Counted from the stretch's first letter, positions 23,120-30,504 are shown. The stretch is DNA of 32,000 nt from Ottowia thiooxydans (GCF_040548795.1 NZ_JBEPSH010000008.1:4310-36309); one strand, 5' to 3'. Numbers and translations are program-made. The notes: generated from the letters alone by a model not told the origin.

Positions 23120-24117
23120 TAGGCGGCTCCAGCCACGTTTCGTTTCCCATGGAAGATGCCAGCCGTGTGGGCGAAGCTCGTCGGCACGTGGCCAGCCTGT
23201 GCAGCGAACTCGCCTTCGACGAAGTCCTTTCTGGACAGGCAGCCATCGTTGTGAACGAGCTTGGAAACAATCTCTGCAAACACGCGGTCCGTGGGCAGCT
23301 TTGGATTGCTTGTCGCAAGGGAAACGTTCCCGAAATCGAAATTCTGTCGGTGGATGAAGGGCCAGGAATCGGCGACCTCACTCTGGCAATGAGCGATGGG
23401 TACTCGACTGCCAGCTCCCCAGGTACTGGCCTCGGAGCAGTGCAACGGCTTTCTACGGATTTCGACATTCATTCCGAGGCTGGCAAGGGAACGGTGGTTT
23501 TGACGCGCTTTCGCGCAGCCCCCCACAAACAACGAGCATTCACTTGGGGTGTAGTGGCATTTCCCGCCCCTGGAGAACGCGTATGCGGCGATAGCTGGGC
23601 GCTCGCATTCAAGGGTCAACAGGCCGCCATGTTGGTAGCCGATGGACTCGGTCATGGCGAGCTTGCGGCAGAAGCCTCTCAAGCAGCTGTCGGGGTGTTC
23701 GAGAAGGACCCCTTTGCCGAATTGCAGGATTCTTTGGAAGAGTCTCACGTCGTTCTGAGAATGACGCGCGGCGCCGCCGTGACCCAGGCTCAATTGGATG
23801 CGGATTCCAATAATTTGACTGCCGTCGGTGCGGGTAATGTCATGATCCGTGTGGCCAATGGGGTTTTCAATCGCGCCGTACTTCCTCAAAATGGCACTGT
23901 GGGCCTCCAGATACGCCGCGTCGAAAAAACCGCCATGCAGTGGCCTGCTCATGCCTTGGTGGTGTGCCACAGCGACGGCCTTCAGTCTCGGTGGCCACCA
24001 GAGGCGATCACATCTCTGCTTGGGAAGGATCCGGCGTTAGCCGCAGCCATCCTGGTCCGAGATTACGTTCGAGGGCGAGACGATGTCACGGTCATGGTTG
24101 TGCGCCGAAACGACTGA
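23110..24117 (+). CDS. Fusion protein: N-terminal RsbT/RsbW-like HATPase domain plus C-terminal PP2C/SpoIIE phosphatase (RsbX-position gene)
   Basis: Kinase-like motifs: VVNELGNNLCKHA, VDEGPGIGD, GTGLGAVQRL. Phosphatase motifs: VCGDSWA, LVADGLGHG, VVCHSDGL, GRDDVTVMVV. The TTG start at 23110 overlaps rsbT by 10 nt. The first ATG (23149) would cut off the conserved first strand, SHVSFP. Confidence 0.88.
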   Translation: MEIIGGSSHVSFPMEDASRVGEARRHVASLCSELAFDEVLSGQAAIVVNELGNNLCKHAVRGQLWIACRKGNVPEIEILSVDEGPGIGDLTLAMSDGYSTASSPGTGLGAVQRLSTDFDIHSEAGKGTVVLTRFRAAPHKQRAFTWGVVAFPAPGERVCGDSWALAFKGQQAAMLVADGLGHGELAAEASQAAVGVFEKDPFAELQDSLEESHVVLRMTRGAAVTQAQLDADSNNLTAVGAGNVMIRVANGVFNRAVLPQNGTVGLQIRRVEKTAMQWPAHALVVCHSDGLQSRWPPEAITSLLGKDPALAAAILVRDYVRGRDDVTVMVVRRND

Positions 24118-24120
24118 GAG

Positions 24121-25074
24121 ATGGATATGAACGATTTGACAGCAGGTGGTGGTGGCAGTCGAGGCAATCAGGTCAATCAAGGCGATTGCGTTTCAGACAG
24201 CCAGAACAAGGACATGGAGCGCCGCTTGGCTGAAGCGCAAGCAGAGGTTGAGTCTTTGCGGTCCGAGCTGGAGGAGACCAATCGCGGCGTCGTCGCGCTT
24301 TATGCTGAGCTGGATTCGCAAGCTGACCATCTAAGGCAAGCCACGGAACTCAAAAGCCGCTTTCTCGCCTATATGAGCCACGAGTTCAGAACGCCCATTG
24401 GTGCTATTCAAAGCATAGCGCGAATCCTACAGGACAAAGTCGATGGTCCACTGACTGAAGAACAGGAAAGACAGGTCCAGTTCATTCAAACCACCTCGGC
24501 CGAGTTTGCAGAAATGGTCAACGACCTGCTGGACCTTGCGAAGGTTGAAGCGGGACGTATTGAAGTCTCGCCGGCATGGTTTGAGATGGTCGACGTGTTC
24601 GCTGCACTGCGTGGCATGTTCAAGTCTGTAATCATCAACCCCGATGTGACCTTGCTTTTTGAGGAACCAGAGAGTGTTCCCAAGATGTTCACTGACGACC
24701 GTAAACTGGCTCAGATCTTGAGGAACTTCATCAGCAATGCGTTGAAGTTCACCCTCCAAGGGGAGGTCCGCGTCAGTGCCATCCGAGTTCCCGGAGACCG
24801 AGTGCAATTTGCAGTGTCTGATACCGGAATCGGTATAGCGCCTGAATTTCACGACGCCATTTTTCAAGATTATTCCCAGATCGACTCACCCATTCAGAAG
24901 CGCCTCCGAGGGACCGGCCTTGGGCTGTCCCTCAGCAAGAAGCTGGCAGAGCTGCTGGGCGGGACCGTCTCAATTGAAAGCGAATCCCATAAGGGCTCCA
25001 CGTTTTTTGTGACCATACCGATTCAGATGGATGTCCAAACCGACTCCACCGCGAGCGAACTCAAACACTCCTGA
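24121..25074 (+). CDS. Cytoplasmic histidine kinase (coiled coil, HisKA, HATPase_c; no TM or sensor domain)
   Basis: H-box FLAYMSHEFRTPIGAI, N-box NFISNALKFT, G1 DTGIGI, F-box FQDYSQ, G2 GTGLGLSLSKKL. The N-terminus is Gly-rich, then a heptad-like helix ERRLAEAQAEVESLRSELEETNRGVVALYAELD. No hydrophobic helices are present. Confidence 0.92.
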   Translation: MDMNDLTAGGGGSRGNQVNQGDCVSDSQNKDMERRLAEAQAEVESLRSELEETNRGVVALYAELDSQADHLRQATELKSRFLAYMSHEFRTPIGAIQSIARILQDKVDGPLTEEQERQVQFIQTTSAEFAEMVNDLLDLAKVEAGRIEVSPAWFEMVDVFAALRGMFKSVIINPDVTLLFEEPESVPKMFTDDRKLAQILRNFISNALKFTLQGEVRVSAIRVPGDRVQFAVSDTGIGIAPEFHDAIFQDYSQIDSPIQKRLRGTGLGLSLSKKLAELLGGTVSIESESHKGSTFFVTIPIQMDVQTDSTASELKHS

Positions 25075-25078
25075 AGAC

Positions 25079-27064
25079 ATGTCTACCATTTCTGCCAGGC
25101 TCAATGTCAGCATCGATCGGTCCAAGCACACCGTTTTGGTGGTCGATGACAACCCTGTGACCTGCTATGCAACCTCTCGTTCGCTGCGGGCCGCTGGCTT
25201 TCAAACGATTGAGGCGGGAACAGGAAGACGGGCTTTGGAGCTCTCGGTGGGAGATGTGTCCGCCGTCGTGCTTGATGTGCATTTACCCGATATGGGGGGC
25301 TTCGACGTTTGCCGCGAAATCCGTGCGAATGAGATCACACGGGCTCTGCCTGTGTTGCACCTTTCCGCGGCCTTCGTCAAGGATGCAGACAAGGTAGCGG
25401 GCTTGGAAGCTGGGGCGGATGCATACCTCACGCACCCCGCGGAGCCTGCGATGTTGGTGGCAACCGTGCAAGCCCTGGTACGTGCACGGCTGGCCGAGAA
25501 GAAAGTCCACCAAAGTGAAGCGAAGTTTCGATCAATCTACGAACAGGCGCAGAGTGGCATCGCCTTGATCAATGATGACGGCCGATTCACTGACGCGAAT
25601 CCCGCCTTGCTTGAGATGATGGGACGCACCGCTGAAGACGTGCTCGGTCGGCCTGTGGCGGAATTCGCCGCACCAGGCCATGAGGAGCATATTCAGCACA
25701 TCATGGCGGCGCAAAACACCCAGTCCCTGTGGCGGGAAGATGTCGTGTTGTTTGACGCGAGCGGTGAGTTGCTTCACCTCGAATGGAGTATGGCTCCGGG
25801 CGCTCGGGGCGAATTGCGTGTGGCGGCTGTCGCGAACGTTTCAGATCGCATTCAGCTGGAACAAGAGCGCAAGCTCTTGCTGGAACGAGAGCAGGCCGCG
25901 CGCGCCACTGCTGAACGCTACAGCCGTTCAAAAGACGATTTCGTTGCCGTGCTTTCCCACGAGCTTCGCAACCCGCTGGCCGCCATCATTATGAATGTGC
26001 ACCACCTCATTCGGAAGTCGCCGCCTCCAGAGCTGGCAAAGAGCATCGACGCGATCAAACGCAATGCCAATACTCAAGCGCGCATCATCAGTGACATTCT
26101 GGACGTGTCGAGGATCAGCTCAGGCAAGCTGACGCTGGAGCGCGAATGGGTTGAACCCGACTCGCTTATCTCTTCGTCCCTGGACTCCATGAAGCCCGCC
26201 ATGGACGCCAAGCACTTGACGCTTGATCTGCAAATGCAGACTGGCAGCAGAAATGCACTTTTGGATCCCGCGAGGTTTCAGCAAATATTCTGGAATATTC
26301 TGAACAACGCCATCAAGTTTTCTAACGAAGGCGAACGCATCGAGGTGAGTCTGAGCACGCACGAGAACGATCTGATCCTCACAGTGCGAGATCACGGAAG
26401 AGGCATTGAGGCGAGCTTTCTCAATCACATCTTCGAAAAATTCACCCAAGTCGCGACCCCTGGGAGCAAGTCCACAGGAGGCTTAGGGCTTGGGCTTTCG
26501 ATTGTTAAGCACTTGGCTGAATTGCACTCTGGCGATGTCACCGTGTCCAGTCCCGGCATTGGGCTAGGCACCACGGTGAAAGTGACCTTGCCCGAAAGCC
26601 TTTCGCCCGTTGGAGAAGCTCCAGATCAGGATTCGAAGTGGAGCGAGCTCAATGATGGAACGGAAGAGCTCAACGGCATTCGTATTTTGGTCGTAGAAGA
26701 CGATCAGGAAGCAGCCGATCTGCTCGGCTTGATTCTTCAGGAACGCGGCGCTACTGTCAGCATTTCAGGAGATTATGAGGCTGCAGTGGCCTCGCTTGAG
26801 AGGACCGGAGCAGACCTTCTCATCAGCGACATAGGCCTGCCGGGTAAAGACGGCTATGAACTCATCCGCCATGTACGAGCCTCTTCAAGCCCGTACTCCC
26901 GCATACCTGCCATCGCTTTGACTGCCTTTGGGCGCGAGGCGGACAAACAAGCTGCCATCGCTGCGGGGTTTGATCTTCACTCAGCCAAGCCACTTCAACC
27001 GCAGAAACTGCTCGTCGCTATCAAGTCGTTGATGGCTAGTGGCTCGCCATCAGGTTCAGCGTGA
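25079..27064 (+). CDS. Hybrid sensor kinase: REC, PAS, HisKA, HATPase_c, REC
   Basis: REC1: VLVVDDNP...VVLDVHLPDMGG...LHLSAAF. PAS-like: FRSIYEQAQSGIALINDDGRFTDANPALLEMMGR. H-box: VLSHELRNPLAAI. N-box: NILNNAIKFS. G-boxes: DHGRGI and GGLGLGLSIVKHL. REC2: ILVVEDD...LISDIGLPGKDG...ALTAF...SAKP. An alternative start at 25031 would overlap the upstream gene by 44 nt. Confidence 0.92.
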   Translation: MSTISARLNVSIDRSKHTVLVVDDNPVTCYATSRSLRAAGFQTIEAGTGRRALELSVGDVSAVVLDVHLPDMGGFDVCREIRANEITRALPVLHLSAAFVKDADKVAGLEAGADAYLTHPAEPAMLVATVQALVRARLAEKKVHQSEAKFRSIYEQAQSGIALINDDGRFTDANPALLEMMGRTAEDVLGRPVAEFAAPGHEEHIQHIMAAQNTQSLWREDVVLFDASGELLHLEWSMAPGARGELRVAAVANVSDRIQLEQERKLLLEREQAARATAERYSRSKDDFVAVLSHELRNPLAAIIMNVHHLIRKSPPPELAKSIDAIKRNANTQARIISDILDVSRISSGKLTLEREWVEPDSLISSSLDSMKPAMDAKHLTLDLQMQTGSRNALLDPARFQQIFWNILNNAIKFSNEGERIEVSLSTHENDLILTVRDHGRGIEASFLNHIFEKFTQVATPGSKSTGGLGLGLSIVKHLAELHSGDVTVSSPGIGLGTTVKVTLPESLSPVGEAPDQDSKWSELNDGTEELNGIRILVVEDDQEAADLLGLILQERGATVSISGDYEAAVASLERTGADLLISDIGLPGKDGYELIRHVRASSSPYSRIPAIALTAFGREADKQAAIAAGFDLHSAKPLQPQKLLVAIKSLMASGSPSGSA

Positions 27065-27108
27065 GGTCAAGCTTCCGTTCACCGTAGTTTGCCCTGCGCA
27101 GAGTGGAT

Positions 27109-27543
27109 TCAGGGAGAGCTCTGAAGCATCGCACGCTCAAGTCCCAGAAGCTTTTTTTCAAGCTCTTCGGGTTCACTGCTTTTGAGCAAAGCCGTCACAT
27201 TAGGTCCTATCGATTCCAGACCACTGTTCATTTCATAACCGGACAGCAAAAGTATGAACCGGTCTTTATTCGGCTGCAACCAATGCCTGGCCAAATCGGT
27301 CCCTGACATTCCGGGCAAACTGATGTCGGTTATCAATACATCAAACTCTTGATCATCAGCGGCAGCCAGCGCGGCCTCGGCGTGAGGCACTGACACAATC
27401 TTTCGGTGTTCGGCCTCCATGAAGGATGCCACCACCTCTCGGATATCTTCGTCGTCTTCGACGTAGAGATAGGAAATCATACTTTGCGGCTCGTTAACCC
27501 CAAGACGAGGGAACTGTGAAAGCGTTATGAATTTTCTGAGCAT
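27109..27543 (-). CDS. Single-domain response regulator (REC only)
   Basis: YLYVEDDEDIREVV...FDVLITDISLPGMSGTDL...ILLLSGY...ALLKS. No output domain is present. An alternative start at 27480 (MISYLYVEDD) would give a more typical REC N-terminus. Confidence 0.88.
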   Translation of the reverse strand: MLRKFITLSQFPRLGVNEPQSMISYLYVEDDEDIREVVASFMEAEHRKIVSVPHAEAALAAADDQEFDVLITDISLPGMSGTDLARHWLQPNKDRFILLLSGYEMNSGLESIGPNVTALLKSSEPEELEKKLLGLERAMLQSSP

Positions 27544-27650
27544 CTATTCTTCACGCGTTTCACAATAGTGGGTGTACGCTGGGACCGTTTTTCATGTAGG
27601 ACAACGCCTACTTTTTCACTGCCTAACCTGACAAAGCTTCGAATTCCATC

Positions 27651-28229
27651 ATGACTTCAAATGTAGCGCCTGTGCCGCTGGAAAAAGCCACCCGTCTGCT
27701 TAATCACGGCCCGACTGTCCTGGTCTCTGCACGGCATGCCGGTGAGGACAACGTCATGGCCGCAGCCTGGGCCTGCGCGCTGGACTACACGCCACCCAAG
27801 CTTACCGTGGTGCTGGACAAGATGACCAGGACGCGGCCCTTGGTTGAAGGCAGTGGAATCTTTGCCATACAGGTCCCTACTGCTGCTCAAATGCAACTTA
27901 CCTTCGACGTCGGCCATAGGAGCCTACACGACGACGCGGATAAGCTCGCAAACTGTGGCGTGAAGCTATTCGGCATCGACGGTCACGATTTGCCCTTTGT
28001 TTCGGGGTGTTCTGCTTGGCTAGCCTGCAAACTCATTCCCGAGAAGCACAACCAGCAGATCTATGACCTGTTTATCGGCGAAATCGTAGGTGCTTGGGCG
28101 GACACCCGAGCCTTCGAGAACGGACACTGGAAGTTTGAAACTGCCGATCCCGCGTGGCGCAGCCTCCACTATGTAGCGGGCGGCCAGTTTTACGCTACCG
28201 GAGAATCGCTGGTGGCACCGTCGAAGTGA
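27651..28229 (+). CDS. Flavin reductase family protein (FMN-binding split barrel)
   Basis: LLNHGPTVLVSARHAGEDNVMAAAWACALDYTPPKLTVVLDKMTRTRPLVEGSGIFAIQVP matches the flavin reductase-like domain pattern. The protein is 192 aa. Confidence 0.85.
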   Translation: MTSNVAPVPLEKATRLLNHGPTVLVSARHAGEDNVMAAAWACALDYTPPKLTVVLDKMTRTRPLVEGSGIFAIQVPTAAQMQLTFDVGHRSLHDDADKLANCGVKLFGIDGHDLPFVSGCSAWLACKLIPEKHNQQIYDLFIGEIVGAWADTRAFENGHWKFETADPAWRSLHYVAGGQFYATGESLVAPSK

Positions 28230-28247
28230 AGACAGTTTAGCCACACT

Positions 28248-28296
28248 CGCCTCCCCCAGAAAAAAGGCGATCGCCGGAGGGAAGCGAACGCCTTTT
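28248..28296. terminator. Possible bidirectional terminator between convergent genes
   Basis: AAAAGGCG (28262-28269) pairs with CGCCTTTT (28289-28296). An internal GGCGATCGCC palindrome and an alternative CGCCTCCC/GGGAAGCG stem are also present. A-run and T-run flanks give symmetry on both strands. The stems are short, so support is weak. Confidence 0.3.
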
Positions 28297-28369
28297 CAAT
28301 GCTCTCATCTGCGCGTTGCCTTGCGCGGTGCCTAAGCCAGGCCCGCCAGCTACACCACCTCAGCAGTTG

Positions 28370-30409
28370 TTACTGCACTTGGTAGATCGTGGTCGTGCCG
28401 CTCACCTCGTGCCCGACAATCAGCAGCGCCTTGCCATTAGGCGACTTGTGTGCAGGCACAAATGCCAAGCCTTCAGGGCCGAGGTCACCAAACTTTGCGC
28501 CATTGGCGGCCCAACCACCTGCTGCGCTCGCGGCATCTGCAGGTTGGTCACCCCAGTTTTCGCGGGTATTCAGGTAATCCTGAAACACAGGGGCTTTGGG
28601 ATCTGTGACGTCATAGACCATCACACCACTCATACGCTCCAAACCGATGAAGGCGAAGTAGCGGTTTCCAATACGGCCAATGGTGACACCCTCTGGCTCG
28701 GGACCCTTCGCATCGCTACGGCTATCGAACTTGTATTCGTCGTGGCCGGTATTGAAATGCGGCGCACAAGGAACAAGGCGTGCCGAACCTAGTTTGCAAC
28801 CCGCGTTCTCCGCAATGAATTTTTCGAACAAGCTGCCGGAATCCCACATCAAGGAACCCGTGTCATCCCAGACTGCGAAAGAGCGGGCACCGTAGGAATA
28901 CAGTGTGTGGTACATCAACCGGCTCTTGGGGTCGGCCGCCGTCAGGCTCGCATCTTCCAGTCCGGTGTCGAAGTTGTAGAGCCGAGGAGATCCATCAGCC
29001 TTTTGGTGATAGCCGAGGGTCCACGTGACATTCAAGCGGCCCAGCTTGTCGTCGTCGCGGCAGCTGCCCGAGCGCCGCTGATCGGCATGCATGCAGTTGG
29101 CACCATTGGTCCCAAACACAGCGGGGTCGAGCATAGCCCCGGCAGCCAGGTCGCGCAGCTGCGCCGGCATATCCTCGCCCCCTCGCCTCTCGAACCCGTC
29201 GTTGTGAACCAGGTGCTTGACTCGGAATTCCTCAACGAAACCTTGGCTTCGCTTGGTATCTACGGCAGAAGTACCCCAGTAGGCCGGGTTATCTTCACCC
29301 CAGGCGCGTGCGTCACCCTCGTTGGCCGTCACCAGGAATGTTTTGCCCCCGACAGTGTAGGAAGCCACTGCGTCTGGCATGTACACCCCTTTAACTCCAG
29401 GATGTGTCTTGATGAGAAGTTCGGCAGGCTCGTCGCTCGCATCTATCTCGTTGCCCACCACACCATAGTCTTTGAACCCGAGCGGCCGGATGGCAGTGAT
29501 GCGCGCGTTAGCCACGTCCACTTCTGCGAAGGCATTGTTTTCTTGCAGTGTCACCCAGGCCTTGGTGCCGTCGCCAGAAACTGCAATGTATTCAGGCTCA
29601 AAATCCTGGGCAGCGCTGGCGAGATTCCGCGCACCGTAAGCGGCGGAGTTGTCCTTGGGTCCAAAAATACGGACGCCCTGTGCTCGCAGACCATCTTCCT
29701 GGCCGTTGAAAGCCTTGAAATCTGCCGTACGCACGGCGGCCTGCTTGTCGGCTTGCGTCTTGCCGTTAACCAGCTTGGTGAGATCTACCACGCTCACCGA
29801 GCCTTCCGGATCAATGCTGTAATCTGCGTTAGGTTCACCCTCGTTCGCCACCAACAAGGTTTTGCCATCTGGAGTGAAAGTGACCATGTCGGGCAATGCC
29901 CCTACTTGCGCCGACCCGAGCAGTTCGAGCGTTTTGGCATCGTAGAGACTGACGAAGCCATGGTTGGTTTTGGGGGATGACTCAATAGCCAGGGCAATCA
30001 CGCCACATTGCGCTGCCACGCTGTTGACCGAGACTGCAGGACTGGCGCCTGCGCCAGCTGCCGTCGCCGCAGCAGAGGCATTGATCGCTCCGAGCTTGGT
30101 GGGGGCCGCAGGGTTGGCTAAATCCAGTACATCCAATTCGCCTGCTTTCGCATTGACGATGAAGCCGCGCTTGCTTGCAGCGTCGAAGGCCGGAATCTCT
30201 GCAGCAGACTCAAGAAAAGTACCCGATGCATAACGGCCGAGGAAACTCAGCTTGATGCCAGAAGTCGGCGTTGTGCCAACTTCGCTGTCAGTGGCGCAAC
30301 CCACGACGCGGGGCGCAGGAACTTCCACAGCCGGGGTGTCGGAGCCACCGCCGCAGCCGGTCATCGCCAGCAACAACAACGCAGGAAAAAATGCGGAACG
30401 TACAGGCAT
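28370..30409 (-). CDS. Choice-of-anchor-I type beta-propeller lipoprotein (putative secreted phosphatase/phytase-like)
   Basis: Lipobox LLLLAMTGC. Repeated ANEGE/ANEGD segments (LLVANEGEPNADYSIDPEGSVSVVDL and FLVTANEGDARAW). C-terminal DLGPEGLAFVPAHKSPNGKALLIVGHEVSGTTTIYQV. I recognise the family from memory, and the enzymatic function is not established. Confidence 0.75.
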   Translation of the reverse strand: MPVRSAFFPALLLLAMTGCGGGSDTPAVEVPAPRVVGCATDSEVGTTPTSGIKLSFLGRYASGTFLESAAEIPAFDAASKRGFIVNAKAGELDVLDLANPAAPTKLGAINASAAATAAGAGASPAVSVNSVAAQCGVIALAIESSPKTNHGFVSLYDAKTLELLGSAQVGALPDMVTFTPDGKTLLVANEGEPNADYSIDPEGSVSVVDLTKLVNGKTQADKQAAVRTADFKAFNGQEDGLRAQGVRIFGPKDNSAAYGARNLASAAQDFEPEYIAVSGDGTKAWVTLQENNAFAEVDVANARITAIRPLGFKDYGVVGNEIDASDEPAELLIKTHPGVKGVYMPDAVASYTVGGKTFLVTANEGDARAWGEDNPAYWGTSAVDTKRSQGFVEEFRVKHLVHNDGFERRGGEDMPAQLRDLAAGAMLDPAVFGTNGANCMHADQRRSGSCRDDDKLGRLNVTWTLGYHQKADGSPRLYNFDTGLEDASLTAADPKSRLMYHTLYSYGARSFAVWDDTGSLMWDSGSLFEKFIAENAGCKLGSARLVPCAPHFNTGHDEYKFDSRSDAKGPEPEGVTIGRIGNRYFAFIGLERMSGVMVYDVTDPKAPVFQDYLNTRENWGDQPADAASAAGGWAANGAKFGDLGPEGLAFVPAHKSPNGKALLIVGHEVSGTTTIYQVQ

Positions 30410-30504
30410 CGGGCCGGCTTCCTCTTGAGTAGTAACAGGAACGGCGATGCTATCGATCGATTATTACAGTATGACGGCAGAGTGAATATTCTGTGGCGGG
30501 CGAT

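Noticed and set aside
22825-23970. A 381-aa minus-strand ORF across rsbT and the PP2C fusion.
   Set aside because: It is antisense to two genes that have clear catalytic motifs. It shows no domain signature and no operon context.
27596-27616. GTAGG-ACAACG-CCTAC followed by TTTTT, a terminator-like hairpin on the plus strand.
   Set aside because: The stem is only 5 bp. It sits in a divergent promoter region with no upstream plus-strand gene to terminate, so it is probably incidental.
28907-29980. A 357-aa plus-strand ORF.
   Set aside because: It is antisense to the well-supported choice-of-anchor-I lipoprotein gene. Its composition is low in complexity and Arg/Val/Gly-rich, and it has no motifs.
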